Shown here: one piece after another, positions 12,538-24,904 of the stretch
Layout: the number at the start of each line of letters is the position of its first letter
Position numbering within the stretch: position 1 is the stretch's first letter
Source: Pelomyxa schiedti
Taxonomy: Eukaryota > Protista > Evosea
Assembly: GCA_020536535.1 (NCBI GenBank)
Contig: JAHLWZ010000849.1
Coordinates: 11,311 to 75,310, forward strand
DNA: 64,000 nucleotides
Direction of reading: 5' to 3'
Program-made: the position numbers and the translations under genes
Notes under the pieces: generated by a model
Told to the model about the DNA's origin: nothing
The model's database searches: none
The model's input: only the letters and a program-made list of their open reading frames with translations

Positions 12538-13466
12538 TCAGGTTCTTTTCTTCTTTGCCGCTGCAGATTGCTTCCCTTTTGTTTGTGGTGTCTTGAAAAC
12601 GTATGGGTCAACCAATGCCAACAGAGAGAAGAGGTTTGCCCACAGGCACCAGTTACTTCCATTGCTGTCTGTCAACAGTCCGTATGTCCAGGAACCCCAC
12701 AGAATCCCAGAATATAGCACTCCAGCAAGGAATGGCCTCATGCCAAGCAGAAAAGGGTATGTCATGACAATAATAAAGAGGAAATACGAGCTCAGAGGAA
12801 GCTTGGTGGTTGTGAGAACTTGAACACTATACTCTAGAAGGAAGCACACCATTCGGCCCCACCATAGTAAATGGCCGCTAGGGGAAATAGTGGTGCAAGC
12901 CCATCTCCATTTCAAAAAGATTCCCCTCACCATAATTGCAGCGGTGTTGAACCAGGTAACACCAACTAGAATTCTAGTCCACCTGTATATGCATAGTGAC
13001 TAACAACGTATAAAATCTCCCAACTAATTCGATAAATTATAACAGCATGGAGAATGACCGAGGAAGATGGTACATACTTTCCCTTCATCAACGGACTAGT
13101 GAGTTTTTTCCCACCACCGTACAAGGCAGCCAATGGCTCCAGAACTAAAGTAAGGGGAACCGCTATCTGAGTAACAGCAAAATTGAAGTCTGTGCAACCA
13201 CATTCATTCACAACTGGACATCGCCCAAAGTCCCACCACAGTAAAGCCTCCACAAGCTGCATCCTGAAAGACACACCTGAGACATAAAAACCCAAAGGCG
13301 GAGGAAAACAAAGAGACTTTGGGGGGAACTGAACTTACGAGGAGAAGGCAGCAAGAGTGATGGCGTTCCATCTGTCTCGATGCGTGGAATTGCGCCAGAA
13401 ACAGAGGGCAGATACGGACCATGACCACACCAATGTGCCCAGAGATACCTCGAAGGACCAGCACAT
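12538..13466 (-). CDS. Multipass membrane protein with MCWS N-terminus (DUF5765-like family)
   Basis: ATG at 13466 gives 'MCWSFEVSLGTLVW...FSS/VQLVEALLWW..C..N..T..LEP..CTTISPSGHLLWW...NGSNWC'. About six hydrophobic segments. The family call is from motif recall only. Confidence 0.6.
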
Positions 13467-13743
13467 CCTTTTTGCTTTTTTTATTTGTTTTTTTTTTTGT
13501 TTTGTTTGTTTCCGTACCTGGCGAGTTTTAATCTGGAGGACAGAAAAACTTTCGTATCATTCAAATAAGGAAGTAAAACTTGATCTTTACACTTTCCCTT
13601 GAATCTCTCTTCCTCCAAGCACCCATTGCTCCCAACATCGAATGTGGATTCGCCCCCAGTAGCAAAGACGGAACTTCCTCCAATCCAAGCAATCCAATCG
13701 CACCACTTTTTATTCTGAGCGAGCGCCTTTTGCCAAGGAGGAC

Positions 13744-14384
13744 ATGTCCAGCCCAACTGACCAAGGTCGCACTGCATCCAGTTGTGGTGCTGTCGTGGCG
13801 CCATCATCAACAGCCAACGATAGTGCTGCGACCACCGCGACGGCGTCGTCGTCGGTGAAGCGTCGCAGGACATCGTCGAGCGGGTGCTTCGAGACTACTG
13901 CCCAGCAAGAACCCCCTCCCCATCTTGAAAGTTCCAATGCGCCCATAACTTCTTCTTCGTCATCGTGCAGCGCTGCTTGTACTGCAACCGCAACTGCAAG
14001 TACGACGAAGGATACAGGCACTCAAAATGCGAATGCAACTGCAAATACAACTTCTACTCCGTCGTGCTCGTGTACGGTTGATGTATGGTTATTTTTCCCC
14101 TATTGCCATTTATTCACTATTACTTGTGTATTGTTTAATAGGGACTGGAACATTATATGGGATTTCGCACAGCCAAAGGAAATGTTCTGGTTCCAAGCGA
14201 GCCACCCCGTGACATATTTCACTACGACGACGATGACGAAGTTCTGGACCCAAACAAGATCACAACCAACGTTCACTTCAAGACTGGCCTCAATGGTCGT
14301 GATCTGCCTCCTCCAGCTACGCAAACGGTGGAAAGGGTCATTAAGCTTTTTGAGGATCCAAAACCAACGGGTATGATAGGATAG
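13744..14384 (+). CDS. Small hypothetical protein: S/T-rich first exon plus a second exon 'GLEHYMGFRTAKGNVLVP...FEDPKPTGMIG'
   Basis: ATG 13744, a GT..AG intron at about 14072-14140, and a protein-like second exon ending in TAG at 14384. Confidence 0.55.
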
Positions 14385-14645
14385 GATGTAGTACTTAGGA
14401 TGTAGTACTATTTTTAGTATATGTAGTGGACCTTTTATTGTACAAGTAAAAAGGGTTGTTTATTAACCCTCACGCTTATTTTTGCTTCAGATTCTGCCCC
14501 ATTTTCCAGGACATCCTCTGGTAAAGCAATGAAACCTTCCACTGTATCATAAATGTGTTGCGTGTTTTAATGTCAATAGATGCGTTTTTTTTATTTAAAA
14601 AAAGACTTTCTGGTTTTCTTGCTACTGTACAACAACAGAGACTGA

Positions 14646-17600
14646 TCAAAGATCAAGTTCCATAAGTGCTTGCAAGTGTGCTTGAATTGACGTGTATAGG
14701 GCATTGGTTTTCACAGAAGTGTCATAGCCTCCCTCCAAGACAGTGATCAGCCTCCCTTCACAGTGCTTCGCTGCCAATTTCTATGAAAGGGTGAGGGGGC
14801 GTTTTTAAGGAAAACAAAAATAGTACCATTAAGTGACATGTCACTGTGTGGTAGTCAGCGGGGCTCAATTTCATTCCACGTGTGGGGTCATCTTTATGTC
14901 CATCAAATCCAAGGCTTACAATAATCAAATCTAAATCCAGTGTTGAATGGTTTTTCGCTGTGATGGAGACTAGAGGGCATACTTGGGGCAAAGTTTTCCA
15001 GTGCCGGCAGCACTATTCCGCAGAAAGCGTCGAGGAATGTTGTTGAAGCACAGAATCTCTTGAGGGGTACGTTGAGTACGTTTGGTGCATCAACGACTGG
15101 TCCGTCGTCATTCGCATCGAAGTTTGTGGAGCCTGACCCTCCACCGGTTCCAGGATAGAACCACTTCTTATTGTCATAAACATGAACTGAACAAAAGAAG
15201 AAGTGGTTGTCATTTTGAAGAAGCTCTTCCGTTCCATTGCCGTGATGCTAGGGAATATATTAGTATGGAGGAGAGTCTGCGGGGAAACTTACAACATCCA
15301 AGTCAATTACAGCAACTTTTGCTAGGCCAGCCTCATCCACTGCATACCGTGCTCCAATAGCCACATTATTTAAAATGCAAAATCCCTGTGATGTAACTGC
15401 ACTTGTGCGTCCACACCTCCCGACATGATGTCCTGGAGGACGCACGGCACAAAATGCCCTCTTGTATTTCTTTTGAGTAACAACGAGGTTGACTGCTTCG
15501 CAAACAGCACCAGCTGCTCGTAGAGCTGCCCTCGCAGTACCTGCTGAGACAAAGGTGTCAATGGAACCCTCTAAACCAGCATCATCCTCGCCGCCACCAT
15601 TGGAATTGGTAGGTGGAGAAGAGGCTGTGGACGTGGAAGTGGCACTTGTAGTTCCAGTAGGAGAGGCAGCATTTGTGGTAGGATTCGAATTTGCTGCTGC
15701 AGCTGAGGCACTATTTTGTGCTATCCTGAGCTCAGCATGCTTTGCAGTTCCCAGAACCGCACTAGGTTCATCCAATTCGTGTTTGGGAAGTGTGGCCATA
15801 AGTTCGTCTATGTAACTTATGTCATGAACTGCATGCAGACACTTGGTGGGGACCTCAGGAGGGTTGGATACAATTTCGAGCAGATGGGGATACTGCATGT
15901 GGAGGCGGTTGACGGCCGATATGGCGGACTCTAGTCTAGCAGGTTGCTCAAAGTGGTGGAGTGGAACCTTGTATGTATGAATGAAAGGGAAACCAATTGA
16001 AGAAAGAAAACGAATACTTTGTGATGCAAACAATGGAGATGATACAAAGCTACTGTGGGAGGAACGGAATTTTCCAAGGAGTTCTTCGGAACTGCTCTAC
16101 TTCTAGTTAACAACTGAGGATGTGAAGAAAGAATACTCACCCAGAAGTTTTTAAGTCCGCTTCAATTGCAGCCAAGTTCAGTTGATAGCTCTGTAGTACC
16201 TCCAAGTCCCCAATGAATTTGTATAGCAAAGCAAATGCGTCCAATGTGGACTTGTTTTCCTCTTTTTGGTCCATTTTTTTTTTTAGCATGTGCATCTCCT
16301 TACTCTATCAAATAGGTAAGCCTGGCTGGAGTAGTAGACAGAATTCTTTCACCTTAGCCTTTTCTTCTGCAATTTTTTCACGTATAACACCTAAATTTCG
16401 ACTGATGATTTGTTCTCTCTCACGCAAAGTGGAAATGGCGGTTTCCTCTTTTGAGTCATCAAAAGGTGCTGATGGTGAGACTATGTTTTCTTTCTCAATT
16501 GCTTGAAGTTCGGCTATACTTTGCCGTATCTGTATTTTTCTGTAAGGAGTGGATCTAGTCCTTAAATTACCTTGTGATTTTCGGTAATCCGATGGTCCAA
16601 CAGCCTGTCAATGATGAAGTATTTAATTTTTAGAGCTTGAATTGTTCCTGCTGATTGTGTATCCTCAGGAGACCTCATCTAAAAGATAATGTGAGAACTT
16701 TTATATCTCCTTGGTAATGTGAGATACAGCAGTGATACTGCGACTGATTAACTGAGCTAGCTGCTTCATCTCAACACATAGCTCAGGATCACCACTGAGG
16801 ATATTTTCAATGTCCGAGAGAGTGAGAAAAGAAGTTAATTCTCCAAGTAATTGCCTTTCTTGCGGAGGTATTTCGACAGTACTACAGACTTTTCTTAGTA
16901 AAGGGATAGAATAGACGAAGTGCACCTTAAAGCCTCGGACTCTGCTGTAACAAGGTCATTGATTGAGTTTACATCTGGAACCTCGAGCGGCTGAGATGGA
17001 GGTAATGGCAAACCAATGATGGACTGAGATGTGTTAGGAACTGTGGTGACGCCTTGTGGCGCCTCCTGTAGTGGGAAGTTGTCTGGCTTGATGGGATGGA
17101 AACTGGAATTTTGGCTCTTGTGAAGATGGTGTTTCGAGGACTTTTTATCAGTTTTGCTTGACGATCCTGCCGGAAATGGACCCTCTGTGTCTTCTTTCTT
17201 GTTCCTTTTTTTTGTGGGCACATTGTCGCTGTCAGAAGCCGAGAGGATACTGTGTTGCACTCCACCTTTACTGCGAGTCTTCTTGTTATTGCCGCGAGTG
17301 GATTTATATTTGATCTTCAGTTCTTTCACTCCTGCGGCAAGTTTCTGATTGACAGCTTCAATAACGGTCTCTCTATCTCGGAGCTTTCCCGATCGTTCAC
17401 ATTCCAAACATACCCAACAACGCCATCCCTGGGAGATGCGCAATTGGTCGAAGTTTTGCACATCAAAAATGGGTTGAGCCACATTTGGTCGTGTGAGGTT
17501 GTCAATACAGTAGTGGCAAAAAACAAATGGGCACTGTGGATTTGTGCAGGCTATAAGCTCTTGTGCAGCTCCTGTATGAATTGCAGAGTAGCCAAGGCAT

Positions 17601-19322
17601 ATCGCGCACACAGTGTCCTTGTAATGAGGTACCTTGGAATTGGTAACAGCTCCAGATACTGGGCGCGTGGTTCTGCAGTCATCCAAAGTTGTAGCTCCGC
17701 TCATGGCTTCGGCGCCATTCGGAGGAGGGACAACTGATGCCGCGGAACCAGAGATGTTCTGGGAGGGAGCATCAAGACTTGAAGTCAAAGAGGAAGTGTT
17801 TGGAGTGGCACTAGTATCATTGCTCACAGTGGATATACAGTTTTCAGTGCAAAGTTTTCTGGACTGAACACATTGAAACAGTAGCCCTTCCACGTGACTC
17901 AAGTGATCATGGCACACATGTACAAAAAAGGGACGAGTGAGGTGAAGATTCCTATCGGCACTGACACAATTGCCAAAAAGGCAGCTGCGCACAGTGCGGG
18001 GTCTCTTTGGAAGTGGAGGGGTAGGAGCAAGATTGCAAAGAGGGGATTGCACAGAGGCACTTGAATGCGATGATGAATCAAGGGCGAGATCTTCAGGAAG
18101 AGGTAATCCACGTTCCTCCCAGTCATCAGCAGTCACATCAGGTGGTTGTGGGGAAAGCTGTGTCCGCATAAATTTTTGGTTGAAAAGAAAAAAAAAAGCT
18201 AAACCTGTGCTTGAGTTGGCGGAATGGAAGTGTAACACACTCCGGGTCTGTTACTACTTGGTTGTGTATTGGAAGGTGTTGAAGTATCGTTTCCAGGGAG
18301 GATGCTTGTAATAGAAGTTTGCTTCTTTTTTGTGAAAGACGCATAATGCTCGGCACACAATTGTCGGTGTATTACGTCAGTTCTGAAACGGGTTCCAGGG
18401 GCTGTCCACCTCTTTCTTGGTTTGTGTGCAGTGGCTTTATGAGAACAGCCGACCAAACAACACACCAAATGGCTTACTCCCTCCATGAAATGGCGTTGGC
18501 ATATAGACCTGCCCAAATTTGTGACTCTACGTGGCTACTTTTCATCAAGTATAACATTTAGCTCATATCTCTCTATTTTATTTTTTCCGGTTTTAACTCA
18601 CTGCAGAACAGTGGGATTTTAGGAATATACAATGATAATCACCACACAAGTCCAAAAAGTACAAACCAAGTTTGGGGAAGCTCACGCCTCATGCAACCCT
18701 TGATCATAAAAGTACCATCAATAGTAGACAGTGGGTAAGCAGCCTTATCGAAACACCTCTGGATGCAGCACGTTCCAGCACTGGCACCAGCCCTGCTCCT
18801 CCCCCCCTTACCACCGCTACTTGTACTTATGGGTGCAACTGTAGTAGATGTGTGCGGTTGAGCGTGTGTGGGTGCGATTGGTGGTGCCATTGCCACTGAA
18901 TTTGACGCAGCAGGCACATCAACACCAACACCAACGGGAACAGGTTCTGATGTTGATGTTTGTGTTGGCGTGGATCCGGCATTAGTGTTTGTGGCAATAC
19001 CCCCCATGGTCACGCTCCCTCCATCCACCACCATCCCCGTGTTGGTGCTGGGGCTGGTGCTGGTGTGATTGGTGATTATGGGACTGGCCACGTTGGGGTC
19101 GGACGTTGCAGTGGGATCGTGGGGGACTGGTGACTGTTGCTGTTGCTGTTGCTGGGGGTGCGACGTCGTTGCTGGCGTGGCCGGGGCAGCATTCCCCGGC
19201 GCAAGGGTTGGGGGCGAGCACGAGGACATGGACGGGGACGGGGACGCAGTTATGGGAGGCGGGGTGGGGTTGGTGGTGCTGTCTGAGACCAACAGGGGCG
19301 GTGCTGCCGCCGTTGTTGACAT
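14646..19322 (-). CDS. Class II-type histone deacetylase fused to THAP-like C2CH fingers and an ADD (ATRX/DNMT3) domain; multi-exon
   Basis: HDAC motifs are intact: 'HHFEQPARL', 'RPPGHH', 'GFCILNNVAIGA', 'DLDV/HHGNGTEE', 'GFDGHKDDP', 'LEGGY'. Upstream same-strand exons separated by intron-sized gaps carry 'CAIC..ELIACTNPQCPFVFCHYCIDNL..WRCWVC' and C-x4-C..C-x2-H fingers. A single transcript is inferred. Confidence 0.75.
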
Positions 19323-19668
19323 TTCGTCGTAGTCGCTGGGGTTGGCGCAGATGGTGGGTTGTTTTTGGTATGTGGCGGCCGTCGTCGTTGTTGGCCTCAC
19401 TTTGAGGGTATGAAATTTTTTTGTTTGTGTTGCGTGGTTTTCTTGGGTTGCTTTTTTGCTTTTTTTGTTTTTTTCCTCTTTGCGGCCTTTTTGTTGGTTT
19501 TTTGTCCAGGAAAACAGGAATTGTGATGAAGTGTTAATGAGATCCACCTTCTCCGAAATGAACAAGGTTCGGTCTTTATATGTACGTGTTGTGCAATTGC
19601 TTGTTGCTTTACAGGCGACCCCAATTGCTTGTCTTTTGGTTATCTTTTCGTTGTTTGTGTGAGGGCAT

Positions 19669-22600
19669 TTACATGCAGGGTGAGTGTTCCCCTTGGTTGT
19701 TTATTTGTGTTGTGAGGCCTATGTGAGGGGGTGGTGGGTTTGATGATACTGCCAGGATCCAGAATGTGGCACATGCATGGTGGCACACTGTGTCCTCGTA
19801 CATACACAGGGAAGCCAGTGGAGTGCTGGGGAGTGGTAGCATGCACACTGGGCATGTGGGAGGCTGCGGTGGTGTCAGTGTTGTTGCCGCCGGTGTGGGT
19901 GTGGGTGTTTCCGTTGGCGTTGCGGCCGATTCCGGTGGTGGGAAGTTGTGGTGGCACAAGCACTCTGTGTCGGCATCTTCGCTCGTACCAGCGCCACAAA
20001 TCCGGTCCTACAAACCACGTGAAATGAGGAATAATAGGAGACAACGAAGCTAACCATGATTTCGACGAGATCATATTTGCTGCATAGTAGTATAAACTCG
20101 TCCCACAGATCAGTACATGAGACTAGAGTAGCAGCCAAAGCACCGTCATTGTACATGTTTGCTTCAGGCCAGCGAGCTACACAACAATCAACTCTCTGGT
20201 GGACACTGTGAACAATGTGTACCCCTGCATTTCAAGTCAAGTATTATTGGGGTGTAAAGAAATTACATGTAAAAACTTGAATCCAGAGCTGTTCTGGGAG
20301 TGCCTTTACAATGTCAAGCTTCCTCTTCTTGAACACTTTGCATGTTTCCTCGAGCTTAGCTAGGCATTGTTCTAGCTGTTCTTTGCAACTGGAGAAAAAA
20401 ATTAGTAAAGGAGGACCTAAGAATTATGGCCTACCTTTTTGCAGTCATTTCAAGTTGGTATAGAGTACTTTTGTCAGGAATGCTGTTTGTTTCAGGTTTT
20501 TCGGGTTCTACATCTTGGTCGCACTGATTCTGGTCAACTTCAATTCCGCTCTGAGATAATCCCTCAGGTGTAGATACGACCAGAGAAGCAAAAATGGCTT
20601 CAAGTTTAGAAACAGCACATAAGAACTGACTTCCAAACTCTTCTGGACTATAGTTTTTAACATGGCTGGAGAGGGGTACACTGGAGCTATAATGAATGGT
20701 TAAGAAGGTATTACCACAGAAGCTTGGATGGTACAATAGTTCTTGTCTTATATAATTGCAGGAAATTGTGTGCAACAACGAGGTACATTGTAAGCAGTAA
20801 TCTGAAAGCTGCTCCAACACTTGGTGAGACTGCTCCACAGATTTCTCGATGTCCTTCGAATGCGAATGACTGTTGGTAGGAAGGTTGATTGGAGTATATG
20901 TACCTGGGTGCCAAAAAATTTGGAAGAAAGGAGAGTTGACAATGACGCTGGTTCTAAAGTAATTTGATCAATATCCAATTGACTCCATTCTTTTATTTTA
21001 GAAACTGGGCTTTCGAGTGCTTGCCTCAAAGCCCTGGTGTAGTTAGAAATCAATGTAAAGGTTTTGAAGAAATACTGTATTTCAGGTCTTAGAGACAAGG
21101 CGTCTTCCAGTCTATCTTCGAGTTTTGCCGATTTATATTCTGACTCTTTCTCCGACAGACTGATTTCATCCTGTTCAGGCTCAAAGTTAGACCTAATCAC
21201 TTCCGCTACAAAATGAAACCTGGATGTACTTCATGCACACAATAGCATCTTCAAACCTTTCCAGTTTGATTAAGGTTATCAATGTGTCCTTTGCAGTTGA
21301 CTTCCAATTAGACAGTTTGACAGACTGGTGTGGAGTGGTGTGGTGACAACTCAGCTCAGGCAAATTAGTACCTGAAGCTTCAGGGGTGGTACTGCAACAA
21401 AACTTGGGTTGTGTGGAATCAAACTCTTGCTGGCTTTCTTTCGTGTCACATTCCACTTCACCCGCTCCATGAACAACTACTTCAGCACCAGGGAGTGGTG
21501 TTTGGGAAATGTCCGAAGATGTACTTTCCTGCGGGTGAACGGCTACTTCAGAATCCACTTCAATTTCCGATTGCTGCGAGGAACAGGCAGATTGATGGGG
21601 CTGCTCAAGGGATGGAGATTTCAATTGTTCCTGAGGGGCATTATCGGTGGGTTTTTCATTTGCACCAACTTCAGTATCAACTTCATGGTCACTCACTGGT
21701 GCTGTCGAGTCTGGATTTGAGGAGGCTGTGGTATGGTGGGCAGATATTTCTGGAGGTGACTTCGCCACTGTTTTTGATGTTTTTGGCTGGTCGGTGGAAG
21801 GTGGTGTCTCTGGTGTTAGTTTCTGAGGTGACACAATGGATGAAGCAGGGGTGATTATGTATCTTTCCAAGTTTAATTTTGGTTTTGGTGGGGCAATTCT
21901 GATTACTTTAGGTTTTTGCCTTGGAGGAGGCCGTTCTGGGGGATGAGCGCGAGACTTAACAGTAGATGAATTGTTGGAGACGCTACTGACGTTCTCAGTT
22001 GATGACTGAGCATCTTGAAAATCTCCAAAATCGGCAACCCAATCTTGAGCCGATGGTACAACGAAAACCTCCTTTGGTTTCACCACTTCAACCACCACTG
22101 GCGTATTAGAACTGTTCAGCACACCTGAGGAGGGGAAGTCTACAGTGTTTGGAAGTGCAAGACCTGCTTGGTCGTGATACTCTGCATGGGGAGAGGGAAA
22201 GTAGGCAAGAGGTAGGTTACTGTCAGTATCCTCAAGTTCTGGTGTTTGGACCGCAGCTGTAGTTTTTACTGTAGTCTCCGTAGCTGTAGTTGTAGCTGGC
22301 TCTGCTGATGACGACCCCCATCCAAACCATGCTGCAAGTCGACTGGTGGTACTTTTTGGGGCTGTAGAGGGCTGGACACTGGCAGTAGTTGCCGGAGGTT
22401 GTGCAGGCTGCATGATATGTGTGGATGTGGAATGTGCGTCTGGTGATAAAGGATTCCTAGCTGGCATCGTTTGACTTAAATTTCTTTGACTTGGTGTGGG
22501 ACGTGGTTTAGATAGTGTGCTGTTTCGCATGGCTGTTTTCAAAGCCTCAACTTTTTTGTCAGGTTGCTTCATTTCAGCTGATGGGGGTTCCTTTTTAGGT

Positions 22601-24843
22601 TTGGGAACTGAAACCGGAAAGGAAGCGTCGAATTTGGCATCTCTGAGTTCCTGCCCTGTAGTCTCCTTGGTTTCTTCAGTATCACAGTAGTCCAAATATC
22701 CTTCAGGGGCGTTTTTGGCAAGCTCATATTCCAATTGCTTTTCTGCTGTACTAACTGAAGCAGGCGTCGTCGTATCAGGTCTAGGTTCACTGGTCCTTCC
22801 ACTTACAGCATCCAAGAGGGGTTTTGGAATTTTTAGTTTTGAGTTGGCCAATGGGTCAACAAATTTCTTGGAGGTTGTTGCTGGTACAGCACCAATAAAG
22901 CGACGGTACTTCTCTGGAGCACACATTTGAACGTATTTGTCTTGCATTGCTGTCAAAACTTCCTCAGGGACCTCTTCTCTGTCTCTGGATTCCTCCCCTG
23001 AGTCACACTCTTCACCTGCCTGTTGATGCTGATTGGATTGCGGCTGGAGATCATTGTCATCAAGAAATAGTGCTAAATTCTGCTCATCTGGGTCAACAGT
23101 CGGCAGATCTTGATAAGAAGCATGAGGCATTTCTTTGGCTTTGGAAGGTTGGTTGGGGGTGGATGTCGTGGAACCACCCCAGCCAAAAATCCCTGAAACT
23201 GAACCAGAAAGAAGAGACCAAGTAGAGGTGGTAACTGACGCGGCGGCGGAGCCTACAGTTGCTGCTGCAGAGTAGATATAAGATGGGGATGGAGTTGGTG
23301 TATTTGTTGCATGGGCAAGTGAATTGACTGAAGGGCGACTTGATGGGGTGCTGACTGTACTAAGAGGTGTGAGAGATGGGGTTGTGAGAAAGTGAATCAT
23401 TTGGTTATTTTGTATGGCCCTCTCAGCACCAAGTTCATATAAATCTTCAACTGTGGTCACTCTAGAGTGGTTGGCTGGTTAGGGAACACCGAGTTAGATA
23501 ACATTCAATATTTGTTGATAAACAAAGAAGAGGGAAAAATTGAAAGCACATAACAGAATTGATCAAACGTACGATTTGTCAGATCTCTTGGAAGATTTCT
23601 TTGGTGGTCTTTGTTCTCCAGCACCAGTTCTCTCCCATTGGATTGTGTTGCCATCATCCAATTCCTCAGTTTCTTTTGCAACTGTGGTAGCTTCTACCTC
23701 TCGATTTTGTGTTGGGATTTGACTTGAACTGGTCTCTGGCTTGTCTGCCTCGTAGTTTTGCTTTGATTTCCCAGATTTCTTCTTACGAGGCTGGGAAGGA
23801 AGTTCCTCCTCGCGTTTCCGCGAAGTGCTGTGCCTGGAATGCTTCTTCTTCCTCCCCTCGCTCGCAGCAGGTACATCATCCCAGTAAGACCGTGGAGGGT
23901 GCCTCTCATACCTGTCGTAGTAGCTCGGAAGCCTCCTGGGGGCAGGCGGGGGCCCGACCCTCAGCTCCGCGATGATGCGCTCCTGCTCGCGCAGTGCCCT
24001 GTCGTACTGTGACATAGTGCCCCCGCGTACAGCCTCCTCGCTACTGCTGCTCGTGCTCGAGTCTGGCCCGCCACTGTCGTTTTCGTCATCGTCACTATCA
24101 CTCTTGGCTGCCGCCGCCTTGGCGGGCTTAACCTGCTGCTGCTGATGCTGCCTCTTTGGTACAGGTGCTGGGCGTGTGAACCGCGGCTTGTCGCTGTCGG
24201 ACCCCCCGTCACCCTCGTTTTCTCCTTCACCTGCCCCACTTGCGGAGTCGTTCCCGTCATCCTCCTCTGTTTGTTGTTGTTGTTGCTGCTGCTGCTGTTG
24301 TATTCGCTGCTGCTTGGGGATTGTCCGCTGAGCCGGGCCGCGAGAATCTCCCTGCTGCCTGGGCGGCTCCGCTCTCGGCCTCACGCCCCCTTGCTGCACC
24401 TGTTGGCTGTGCTGCTGCTGGTGGATCTCCTGTTGTTCCTCGTACTGTAGCCGTTGTTGCCTCTGCTGAGGGGGGCGCTGCTGTTGGGGGGGCTGGCGGG
24501 ACGATGACAGGGAGTGAGGAGCGCGAGGAGGCGGTTGTTGTTGGTGGTGGTGCTGCTGCTGTTGCGGTTGTGTCTGGGATGGGGATGGGGAGATCAAAGA
24601 GTCCAAGATTGAGAACACATCTTCAGTGCTGCGGTCCTAAGGGGGAAAAAAGAGGTAATTAAGCGCAACCATTTGGGCCGGGGGTGCGGTGTTAACCTGT
24701 GCCGATCGGCTGGGCGCGGCTACGGCCGAATCGTGGGTTGCGCGCGGGGCCTCCTGTGGTTGGGCGGGGGCCTGGGGTTGGGGCAGGGGAGTAGTGCCAA
24801 ACAACAGGTCGTCCAACACGTTGCGCTGCGTGGCACCCCGCAT
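19669..24843 (-). CDS. Synergin-gamma-like AP-1 accessory protein (large, mostly disordered; multi-exon)
   Basis: Gamma-adaptin-ear-binding motif 'DFGDF' at ~22018-22032. C-terminal 'CPVCMLP...CHHACATFWILAVSSNPPP' resembles the synergin gamma tail (C..C...YHASCANFWINCV..PP). Joining the 5' exons into one gene is inferred. Confidence 0.6.
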
Positions 24844-24904
24844 CGTGGTGATGACGAGGCGTAATTAATTTCTTGATGAACATCTGGTATCTACCGAATC
24901 CCAA

